This document shows positions 30,449 to 38,377 of a DNA stretch of 64,000 nt, piece by piece; position 1 is the stretch's first letter, and every line of letters begins with the position of its first letter. The notes beneath the pieces were generated by a model that ran no database searches, had not been told where the DNA came from, and was given only the letters and a program-made list of their open reading frames with translations. This DNA comes from an uncultured Deferribacteres bacterium (GTDB lineage: Bacteria; Zhuqueibacterota; Zhuqueibacteria; Zhuqueibacterales; Geothermadaptataceae), in the NCBI GenBank assembly GCA_964014485.1, contig CAXHAT010000002.1, positions 32,001-96,000 of the forward strand, in the 5' to 3' direction. Both the position numbers and the translations under genes were made by a program.

Positions 30449-33400
30449 CTAAAACGATTGTGAGAAACGAATTATTGCCAGACGGCCAACCTCAGGCGCC
30501 CCGATCATCTCCCTGTGACGGCGATTCAGCAGATTCTGTACTGAGAGCGTGGCCTGCGTATTTTGGAAAATATTGAAATTAGCGTTGAAATCGACCACGG
30601 TATAAGCTTCAATTTCCCCAACAAACGCACCTGAGTTAACCGGAAAACCGTCCACAAAACGGAACCTTACCTGCGCGTTCAGGCCGCGAGTGAAATCGGA
30701 ATAATTCAAGAAAGCGCCTGCCTTATTTTTTGGAGCGTTCAAGGCAATGTCCGCCACGCCGTCGAGGTTCTCGAAAAGGTCGCGGCTGACAAAGGAGTAG
30801 TTGCCGCCAACTCTCCATTTTGGCGAAAGCGACCAGGAAAAGCGGGCGTCAGCGCCAGTCAACCAGATGCTGCCGAAGTTTCGATAGGTCACGAGAACGT
30901 CGTTTTCCGTGGCAAGCTGGGTCGGCGTAAGTACGCCCACCGGAATATTTTCCAGATTGAGCGGCGAAGCGGGGTTGTAGATTTCCGCGACAGTCGCTTG
31001 CGCCGTGCTGCGCGCCAATGCTTCCGGCGTGCCAAGAGCAACCAGACGCTGGACAATGTCTTCTTCAAGCACCGGGCCGACCAATGCCTGGGCCGCATGA
31101 ACTGTCGGCGTAATCACGATCAGCGGACTGACGAAATTTTCGATGTGCGAACGATAAATATCAAAGTCGAAAGATAGTTTTTCGAACAACACGCCCTTGT
31201 AACCGAACTCGAATGAGTTGGTGACGGTCTCCCGGATCGGCTCTGCATCGAATGCGTTTTGGGCAAGATTTCCAGTCACCGGATCGATAAACGCCAGCGG
31301 AACATTTTGACTCAAAGTTTCGGGCAACACGGCGTCAGCCTGCGGATTTGCGGCGACCAAAATGGCGCGCAACTTGGGCCAGACGCTGTTAATGCGCGCT
31401 TCAGAATAGCCGTCAACGGCGTCAAATTGCGAACGCATCTGGGCGCGTCCGTCATTCCCAAGTTCGAAGGAAAACCCGCCTTCTGCGGGAACGCCTTTGA
31501 CGCGAATATTGACGATGTTTTCGCTAAGGCCAAGCGCGGCTTGCAACGGCGCCGGAAGCGGATTGGGAACGCTTTCTTGCAAAAGGTCTAAGAAAAGCGT
31601 GTTGCTGGTCGGCGTGCTGAAGGCTCTGTTAAAAGTGAATCGAAAATTGTTTTGTTGGTTCGGGCGCAGAACAAGCGCGGCGCGCGGTGAAAAAACCGGC
31701 TTTTCAATGAAATTGTGTTCATCGATGCGACCGGCGGCGACAAACCTCAATTTCGATGAAAGATCGAGCTCGGATTGAACGTAAAAGCCAAACTCATTAA
31801 TGCTGTCATTATCTTCATTCTCGCCGTTGATCGTGCGCTCTGTGTTTGGCCGCGTGAGCAAAACGTCCGTTCCCCAAGTGACGCGCCGAGTTTCCCCAAA
31901 CGACAATGCGTGTTGAACTTGAGCGACATAGAGTCGCGACTTGTCCACGATGGGATCGCCCGTGCGCAAAACAAAGGAATCGCCGGCGTTGGTTAAATTG
32001 GTAAAAGCTTGTACGAACAAATTACGATGTTTGAACCGCCCTTGCGCGTAACCGTATTTCCAGTCAACGGCCTGCCCGGCGCCAATTCCGGTAAGCTCGA
32101 TGTTGCTCGCCGAAGTAAAGCCGGCGTTAAGAATTAACGACGTTGCTTCATTGAATTGAAAATCCGCTCTTGCATCACCCGAAAATTTTTCAACGTCAAA
32201 ATCGCGTGCGCCAATCTTAAGCGTTGCCGGATCTGCGCCCTGCTGAAGCGCGGCTTCACGAGCTTGATTTTCTTCGATGTCAAAAGATTCCCAGTCATGC
32301 CCTTGATAATATTGTCCGGACAACTTGTAGCCGAATTTTCCACCAAAGCTTTTTGCATGACGGAATGAACCCATTCGCAGGGCGCGTTCGCCGCCGCCGA
32401 TGCTCACCGTCGTTCCTTCCGATCCGATAGGCGATTTTGTGATCATGTGCATGACGCCGTTCGCGCTGTTTGGCCCGTAAAGCGCCGATCCCGGCCCCAG
32501 CACAACTTCAATGCGTTCAATATCTTGATTGATGTTCGGGATAAGCTGGTAAGCGTTGACGCGCAACGAAGGAATACGGGCGATACGGTGATCGACGAGA
32601 GAAAGCAGCGACCCGGAAAAAACGTTGTTAAACCCGCGCACAACCGTTATGGCGGAATTAAGTCCGGTACTGGCCACGTCCACCGCCGGTTCGCCTTTCA
32701 AAAATTCGGTTGGCGTAATGGCCGGACGTTGGGAAATATCATTCTCATCGATCACGCTTACCGCCGCGGGCGCTTCCAGTTTCGCTTCCGGTCGCCGTGA
32801 AGCGGTAACAGTAATTGGATTGAACTGGAGCCCGCTGTATTTGAGCGCGATTTTGATTTCCTGAACTTGGCCTTCTGAGACGCGGACGTTTTGGATAACC
32901 GTCGTCTCATATCCAAGATACGAGCCTCTGACCGTGTAGACGTCCGGCTGGAGATTGTCCGCGCGAAATCGTCCCGCCATTCCGGAAGCGGCGCCTCGCG
33001 CAGGGTTGAGATTTGAAGAAGGAATAATTTCAATATTCGCGGCTGGCAGCGACTCGCCGCTTTCGCTGTCATAAATCAGACCTGATAAAACGCCGTAGCT
33101 GGTTTGAGGCTGCTCCGCGGGCTGAGAAACAACGTCCGTAGTTTGGGAAGCAGTGGGCGGAAGCGTCGGGGCTGTGCTGTTGACAACAGGGGGGACGGAC
33201 GTATTTTCGTTAGAGTAGTTTTTATCGGCGCCGTTGCGGATCGGCATGATTTGGCCGTTATAAACGACAATGTTGGCCTGGCAGTCCGTGATAATAATGT
33301 TTTTTAAAAGGGCGTTAGTACGCTCGGCTGAAATCGGTGATTCGCAATAGCGGATAATCGCGTTTTGGACAACGCTTTGACTGCTGCCCGGGCCAAATTC

Positions 33401-33742
33401 GAGCCCGCCCCAATCCGTCGTGGTCGGAGGTTGCGCGCCGGTGCTGCCGGTAAAGAAAAAATCCGCGTCGCGTTGAGAAGTGAAAATAATCCTGTTGTTC
33501 GGTGCGCCGACGGCTTTTAGAATGCCGTTGACGCGAATCTTGAACGGCCCGGCCGCCTTGACAACGACCCCAGGTTCAATGACAAGCTCAGTTCCGGGTA
33601 GAATCGAAACCTCGCCGGTTAAGATGATCGGACTGGCGGCCAGCGTCCACGTTCCGAATTGCGGTCCGCTCACTTCTTTTGCCTGAATCGCCCCTGCCGA
33701 AAAAATGCTGAAAATTGCCCAAAACTTGAAACAACGTCTCAT
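30449..33742 (-). CDS. TonB-dependent outer-membrane receptor with extra N-terminal beta-helix-like domain and carboxypeptidase-regulatory-like domain
   Basis: ITVTASRRPE (TonB-box/plug start), IERIEVVLGPGSALYGPNSANGV, C-terminal VQNLLN...RFSQSF ending in F; N-terminal LVIEPGVVV..GILKAVG..IIFTS..WGGLEF. Confidence 0.92.
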   Translation of the reverse strand: MRRCFKFWAIFSIFSAGAIQAKEVSGPQFGTWTLAASPIILTGEVSILPGTELVIEPGVVVKAAGPFKIRVNGILKAVGAPNNRIIFTSQRDADFFFTGSTGAQPPTTTDWGGLEFGPGSSQSVVQNAIIRYCESPISAERTNALLKNIIITDCQANIVVYNGQIMPIRNGADKNYSNENTSVPPVVNSTAPTLPPTASQTTDVVSQPAEQPQTSYGVLSGLIYDSESGESLPAANIEIIPSSNLNPARGAASGMAGRFRADNLQPDVYTVRGSYLGYETTVIQNVRVSEGQVQEIKIALKYSGLQFNPITVTASRRPEAKLEAPAAVSVIDENDISQRPAITPTEFLKGEPAVDVASTGLNSAITVVRGFNNVFSGSLLSLVDHRIARIPSLRVNAYQLIPNINQDIERIEVVLGPGSALYGPNSANGVMHMITKSPIGSEGTTVSIGGGERALRMGSFRHAKSFGGKFGYKLSGQYYQGHDWESFDIEENQAREAALQQGADPATLKIGARDFDVEKFSGDARADFQFNEATSLILNAGFTSASNIELTGIGAGQAVDWKYGYAQGRFKHRNLFVQAFTNLTNAGDSFVLRTGDPIVDKSRLYVAQVQHALSFGETRRVTWGTDVLLTRPNTERTINGENEDNDSINEFGFYVQSELDLSSKLRFVAAGRIDEHNFIEKPVFSPRAALVLRPNQQNNFRFTFNRAFSTPTSNTLFLDLLQESVPNPLPAPLQAALGLSENIVNIRVKGVPAEGGFSFELGNDGRAQMRSQFDAVDGYSEARINSVWPKLRAILVAANPQADAVLPETLSQNVPLAFIDPVTGNLAQNAFDAEPIRETVTNSFEFGYKGVLFEKLSFDFDIYRSHIENFVSPLIVITPTVHAAQALVGPVLEEDIVQRLVALGTPEALARSTAQATVAEIYNPASPLNLENIPVGVLTPTQLATENDVLVTYRNFGSIWLTGADARFSWSLSPKWRVGGNYSFVSRDLFENLDGVADIALNAPKNKAGAFLNYSDFTRGLNAQVRFRFVDGFPVNSGAFVGEIEAYTVVDFNANFNIFQNTQATLSVQNLLNRRHREMIGAPEVGRLAIIRFSQSF

Positions 33743-34156
33743 CGTTCGCCTGAAATATTTCCTGATTGATTGTGATTTGAATTTGACGTTAGCCTGACGA
33801 TTCCCTGAAAAACGAGCGGCGTTGCCAGTGTTCGAATGGTCGATGTGAGTGTGAGTCTACAGCCGTGATTGAGGGTCTTCGGGAATTATGCCACGATAGT
33901 TACTATCGGCAAACAATGGAAAATGCGGCGCGGGTAAATTGAGGATTGTTTGGGGGAAGTAAGGTTTGAGCGCGAGACATCCCCAATTTGCGGAAATATT
34001 AGCGGAATTTCATGAGAATAACCATTGGAAGAAGAGGTTTGGCGGGAATCCAGCGGCTGTGCACCATTTTTCGGGCGCCCGCCGGAGTTTATCCTTGTGC
34101 AGGTGGATACTGTTGGCGAATTCACAATTCATGGGGAATACAGATGACGCGCCATT

Positions 34157-34289
34157 CTTATTAGCTACGCGCTTCAGCGCGTAGGCATGAGTGCGAGCGC
34201 ATACCCCTTTTTTTCCCGCCGAGATAGCTCAGTTGGAAAAAAGAAGAGCGCACGACCGGGTCCACGCGCTGAAGCGCGCGGCTAATGAG
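34157..34289 (+). repeat. REPIN-like palindromic element, copy 3 (diverged, same architecture)
   Basis: CTTATTAG+CTACGCGC-TTCA-GCGCGTAG ... central TTTTTTCC/GGAAAAAA hairpin ... CCACGCGC-TGAA-GCGCGCGG+CTAATGAG; 133 bp. Confidence 0.8.
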
Positions 34290-34417
34290 ACATCCGGACA
34301 GGAACGATCCGGAATTCATTAACAGTATCCAGACGAGGCGGAAATGATGCATAGAGGAATGCCTTGATTTAGGCGCGTTGCATCGGCCGGCAAGTGAGTT
34401 GATTGACGAAGAAAGCT

Positions 34418-34927
34418 TTATATTTTGCCGAAGCGACGCCGGAAAATGGGAGAAAATAGAAATTTATCGAGCAATGTCGCGCAAACAAGCACGGCTGCGG
34501 CCATGAGTGTGAAAGAAATGTTTTCAGGCGAGAGCAGGCTGGAATCGTTTAAAAGCGCTTTCGTTTCCGTCAACCATCCCGGTGAATCGCCAAACCCTGT
34601 GTGTACAAAATTTTTCAGTCGATCGACGCCAATTATATAAATCAGGCTGACCAGACTAAAAAGCGCGGCGAAAGCAAACAACAACCACTCGAGTGATTGC
34701 CTCAACTGTTTTGCTTCGACTGAAATTTGCGCCAAAACCATGCTTTTGAAATCCGCGGGAAGCGTCACCTGCGGGGCGACTTTCAAATTTCTATAAATTT
34801 CTTGATAAGCTTCCAAACTGTTTTGGCATTGATGACACAACTGCAAATGTTGTTCGATTTCTGAAGCTTGGCGCATAGGAGCGCCGTCGAGAAAAGCCTG
34901 GATTTCACGGTCGGTTAAGTGACTCAT
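34418..34927 (-). CDS. Membrane-bound zinc-binding (HxxxCxxC) anti-sigma factor
   Basis: HL..REIQAFLDG..EQHLQLCHQC and two TM helices; ATGA overlap with the sigma gene. Confidence 0.85.
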   Translation of the reverse strand: MSHLTDREIQAFLDGAPMRQASEIEQHLQLCHQCQNSLEAYQEIYRNLKVAPQVTLPADFKSMVLAQISVEAKQLRQSLEWLLFAFAALFSLVSLIYIIGVDRLKNFVHTGFGDSPGWLTETKALLNDSSLLSPENISFTLMAAAVLVCATLLDKFLFSPIFRRRFGKI

Positions 34928-35568
34928 ACCCAAATTTCCTCCGCGCTATATTTTTCAAGAAGTTTTTGTTTGAGTATTTTTCTGGCGCGATATAGGTAGC
35001 TTTTAATAGTCCCGTCAGGCAGGGCTGTGACCTCGCGAATTTCTTTCAGACTGAGTTCGTCGACATGGAAGAGCGTGACGAGCGTTTTGTAAAGCGGCGG
35101 CAAATCGTCGATTTCATCTTGTAACTGGCGCGCCAATTCACGCTTTTCGGCTCTTGAATCCGGCAACAGCTCTCCGCCGTAAGCGCTTTCCGAAAACTGC
35201 GAGAGTGCGTCTTCGCGGCCCGCCGAATAATCGTTCTGTTCGAAGCATAAGTCTTCGACGAGCGGCACTTTTTTCTTTTTCAGATAGTTGAGGCAGGAGT
35301 TATATGCGATCCGTGCGATCCAGGTGGAGAGTTTGGAATTGAATTGGAATGAAGCGAGGTTTTTGTAGACCTTGAAGAAAATCTCTTGACACAATTCTTC
35401 ACGATCATTTTCATGCGAAACCATTCTAAAAACGACGTGACCAACCAGGTTTTGGTATTGATCGATAATAGCGCCAAAAGCGGACGATTCGCCTGACAAT
35501 ACTTGTTTGATCAGTGCTTTTTCGCGTTCCGGCGCGCTTGCGTTTCTGTCTATGGTTTCCGATAACAT
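34924..35568 (-). CDS. ECF-family RNA polymerase sigma factor
   Basis: Region 2 ELCQEIFFKVYKNLASFQFNSKLSTWIARIAYNSCLNYL; region 4 LSLKEI..LPDGTIKSYLYRARKIL. Confidence 0.95.
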   Translation of the reverse strand: MLSETIDRNASAPEREKALIKQVLSGESSAFGAIIDQYQNLVGHVVFRMVSHENDREELCQEIFFKVYKNLASFQFNSKLSTWIARIAYNSCLNYLKKKKVPLVEDLCFEQNDYSAGREDALSQFSESAYGGELLPDSRAEKRELARQLQDEIDDLPPLYKTLVTLFHVDELSLKEIREVTALPDGTIKSYLYRARKILKQKLLEKYSAEEIWV

Positions 35569-35577
35569 GTTTTAAAA

Positions 35578-35604
35578 AGACAACTTATTCGCAAGCAAGT
35601 TGCA
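35578..35604 (-). promoter_or_regulatory. Candidate ECF promoter for the sigma/anti-sigma operon (TGCAAC-N17-GTCT)
   Basis: Minus strand TGCAAC ttgcttgcgaataagtt GTCT, ending 9 nt before the sigma ATG. Confidence 0.6.
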
Positions 35605-35649
35605 TAAAAATGACCGACGCAATGTATTTGAAGAAAATATTTTGAAACT

Positions 35650-35676
35650 TGCAACTTGCGCCGTTCAGCCCTGTCA
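35650..35676 (+). promoter_or_regulatory. Candidate ECF promoter for the divergent membrane-protein gene (TGCAAC-N17-GTCA)
   Basis: TGCAAC ttgcgccgttcagccct GTCA mirrors the divergent motif. Confidence 0.6.
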
Positions 35677-35743
35677 GTTGGAAACACAACAGCGCGGTTG
35701 TTGATTGAGAAATGTACTCGCCTGAAAAAATAAGGAGACTAAA

Positions 35744-36082
35744 ATGGCCGGAGATATAATTCCTCTTGTCGCTATCGTTGTCACGTTTTTTTCTTTGGTT
35801 GTCATTATTCGCACAATTTCCGATAACAAAGTGAAGCACCGCTTGATAGAAAGAGGCGAATTCACCGAACAAGCGGCGCATACACTTGCCAACATGTCCA
35901 GCAGCGTATCGTCCTTGAAATGGGGCTTGATACTCGTGGCGATCGGCTTCGGGTTTTTGTTGATTAACATGTTCCCGCGCATGTTCGATGACGAAGCCGC
36001 ATTGGGCCTTTTGCTAATCGCAGCGGGGGTTGCCCTTTTCGCACATTATTTTATGTCGCCGAAACTTGCGAAAAAAGAATGA
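35744..36082 (+). CDS. Small membrane protein (DUF6249-like) divergent from the ECF sigma factor
   Basis: TM, then RLIERG, SLKWGLILVAIGFG and two further TMs; AGGAG RBS. Confidence 0.75.
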   Translation: MAGDIIPLVAIVVTFFSLVVIIRTISDNKVKHRLIERGEFTEQAAHTLANMSSSVSSLKWGLILVAIGFGFLLINMFPRMFDDEAALGLLLIAAGVALFAHYFMSPKLAKKE

Positions 36083-36310
36083 TTCATTGAAGTTTGTCTT
36101 CAAATAACGATTGTCCAGGACGCGCCCGGTAAAAAAACGCAGGAGGGAGCCAGGCGCGTTTTTGTCCCCATTTTCTCGATCCGCCAGCCGTTCACATCGT
36201 CATCCATCCGTTTTACAACATTCCCTTAACTGTATCGCACCATCAAATGTCTTTCCAAAATCTTCATAAGTTGTCTAACTTTTGCCATAAAAATGGCTTA
36301 TGAATATTTT

Positions 36311-36337
36311 TTGAACGACCCCTTTGCCGCCTCGTCT
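36311..36337 (+). promoter_or_regulatory. Candidate ECF promoter upstream of the TPR/CMD cluster (TTGAAC-N17-GTCT)
   Basis: TTGAAC gacccctttgccgcctc GTCT has the same spacing as the two motifs flanking the sigma gene. Confidence 0.45.
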
Positions 36338-36393
36338 ATAAACCCGAATTTTGATCAAGGAACCCTTCAAAACCATTAATCGAGGAGTATTAC

Positions 36394-37875
36394 ATGATGG
36401 GAAAATTGAAACGCTGTTTTTCGTTTGGTCTGCTGACAACGCTGCTGCTATCCACGGCGGTTCTTGCGGGAGACAAAAGAATTAAGCTTACTACGAGTTC
36501 CGAAGAAGCGCGGGATTTGTTTTGGCAAGCGCGCAAAGCTTTGGAAAATCAAGACGTTGCTTCTCCGCCGCAATTATTGCAGAAAGCGATTGAGCTTGAT
36601 CCGGAATTCGCTTTTGGTTATATGTTGCTTTCCGCGTTTAACAATAACGCCGGGCATATGGAAAAGGCTCTGGAACTCGCTAAGAATGCTTCAGAAGCTG
36701 AACGCAAGTACATCGAAGCGACGCAGCACGCTCGTAATCAGAGTCTCGACGACGCCATTGCCGGTTTTGAAGAAGTTCTGAAAGACTATCCGAATGACCG
36801 CATGACCAATATGATGGTAGGCCAACTTTACGCCGGGCAAAGTCGCTGGAAAGATGCAGAAAGGGTTTTCGCCAAATCCCTGAAGCTCGACGGCAGCTCT
36901 CTGCGCGTTTATCAAATGCTGGGCAACGCTTACGCACAACAAAGCAAGAGCAAAAAGGCTGAAGAAGTCTATCAGCGCGCGGTCAAGCTTGACGAAAGCC
37001 AATTCGCCGGATACCAGATGTTGAGCAATTTTTATGCACAGCAAGGCCGTTTTGATGAAGCCAATGACGTGTTGAAGAAAGCCGGTATGGCAACCAAGGG
37101 CAACGAAGCGCAAATCGCCCAGGGGCTTGGCACCAACGCGCTCTTCCAGGACGATTATTCCAAAGCGCGGAAACACTACCGCACGGCTGTAAGCCTGACT
37201 GATCGTGACGCCACGCCATTTATTCCGTTTTTCGGTCTTGCCTGGACTTATCTTTATGAAAATGATGGTCAAATCGATCCCGCGCTTGAAATCATCGACG
37301 ATTACATGGGGCGCTACAATCGCAACGGAGGCGCACAAGGTTTCCCGCCTGTTTGGATTTGGAACCACACTGCTCGTATAAAACTGGAAAACGGCCACGC
37401 TGAAGAAGCGTTAAAAGATTACGAAACCGGTTATAAGTCAGTGCCGGGCAGCCAGTTGACGGATGATCAGAAACGCGTGTGGGAACAGCGCAGCCATCAC
37501 GGCAAGGCGCGAGCGCTGGCCAAGCTTGGCAAGTTTGACGAAGCCTGGGGCATTGCCGAAAGCATGCGCAAGCTGCTCGAAACGGAAGCCACCGACGCTC
37601 AGAAACAGCAATTCTACCCGCCCTACCATTACCTTGCCGGATATATTTTACTCGAGAAAAAAGAATACAAAAAAGCGGTTGAACACCTCGAACAAGCTGT
37701 TCCAAACGACCCGTTTCATCAGCTTTTGTTAGGTCGGGCTTATGAAAAATCCGGCGACTTGAGCAAGGCGCGTGAGCGTTATGAAGCGGTGACTAAAATG
37801 ACGAACAACAACATTGAGCGCGCCCTCGCTTATCCTGAAGCGAAGAAAAGATTGGCAATGCTCTCATCAAATTAA
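36394..37875 (+). CDS. Exported TPR protein, paralog A
   Basis: Signal peptide (..AVLA/GD), LTTSSEEA, KAIELDPEFA and multiple TPRs; GAGGAG RBS. Confidence 0.88.
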   Translation: MMGKLKRCFSFGLLTTLLLSTAVLAGDKRIKLTTSSEEARDLFWQARKALENQDVASPPQLLQKAIELDPEFAFGYMLLSAFNNNAGHMEKALELAKNASEAERKYIEATQHARNQSLDDAIAGFEEVLKDYPNDRMTNMMVGQLYAGQSRWKDAERVFAKSLKLDGSSLRVYQMLGNAYAQQSKSKKAEEVYQRAVKLDESQFAGYQMLSNFYAQQGRFDEANDVLKKAGMATKGNEAQIAQGLGTNALFQDDYSKARKHYRTAVSLTDRDATPFIPFFGLAWTYLYENDGQIDPALEIIDDYMGRYNRNGGAQGFPPVWIWNHTARIKLENGHAEEALKDYETGYKSVPGSQLTDDQKRVWEQRSHHGKARALAKLGKFDEAWGIAESMRKLLETEATDAQKQQFYPPYHYLAGYILLEKKEYKKAVEHLEQAVPNDPFHQLLLGRAYEKSGDLSKARERYEAVTKMTNNNIERALAYPEAKKRLAMLSSN

Positions 37876-37890
37876 ATCGGAGATTTTTTA

Positions 37891-38265
37891 ATGGCGGAAA
37901 AAAAGGGAGAACAGGGGGCGATGCTCCCCAGGCGCTACCAGGAACGCTTTCGCGGCTTTTTTGACGAGCTCGCCGATCCTGACCGGAACGTAATTGACAG
38001 CAAAAGGCGGGAGCTCATTGCACTTTCGGCGGCTTTGGCCGGAGGGTGGCACATGAGCGTGCCCAAGCACATCAAAGAAGCGGCAAAGCATGGCGCAAGC
38101 TTCGAAGAAGTCGGCGAAGCGATTGCAATCGCCATCGGGATTAGCGCCGCCGCCATCGTTGATCAGACGGACATTGTTAACATGGAAGAAGATCTTGTCG
38201 GCAAGCTCTGGGGGCGTGACGGCGATGAGAAACAATCGCTTCCAATGGACGACGCAACGCCGTAA
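37891..38265 (+). CDS. Carboxymuconolactone decarboxylase/AhpD-like protein, paralog A (no CxxC)
   Basis: IDSKRRELIALSAALA..HIKEAAKHGASFEEVGEAIAIA. Confidence 0.85.
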   Translation: MAEKKGEQGAMLPRRYQERFRGFFDELADPDRNVIDSKRRELIALSAALAGGWHMSVPKHIKEAAKHGASFEEVGEAIAIAIGISAAAIVDQTDIVNMEEDLVGKLWGRDGDEKQSLPMDDATP

Positions 38266-38287
38266 CTTTTTAAGGGCAAAGGAATAA

Positions 38288-38355
38288 AGGCACAGAGCCG
38301 CAAAAAAATTATTTCCAAGTTCTTTGTGCCTATGGAACTTTGCCGCTCTGTGCCT
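38288..38355. repeat. Intergenic inverted repeat
   Basis: AGGCACAGAGCCGCAAA vs TTTGCCGCTCTGTGCCT (16/17 match), with an extra partial unit CTTTGTGCCT inside. Confidence 0.7.
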
Positions 38356-38377
38356 AAAAATAAAGGAAAAGATATAA

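Noticed and set aside
33877..33893. sigma54 promoter upstream of the TonB receptor (TGGCATAATTCCCGAA, minus strand)
   Set aside because: Only the -24 half matches; there is no TTGC at -12.
34218..34260. tRNA-like 5' sequence GCCGAGATAGCTCAGTTGG inside REPIN-like copy 3
   Set aside because: There is no anticodon arm, T-loop or acceptor complement. It lies in the element's central hairpin and is probably coincidental.
22538..34400. Genomic island integrated at tRNA-Gly
   Set aside because: No integrase, no duplicated tRNA 3' end was seen, and the tRNA 3' side abuts housekeeping ispG.
37891..38265. Selenoprotein CMD/AhpD
   Set aside because: The codon at the first Cys position is TGG, not TGA, and the ORF has no in-frame stop.
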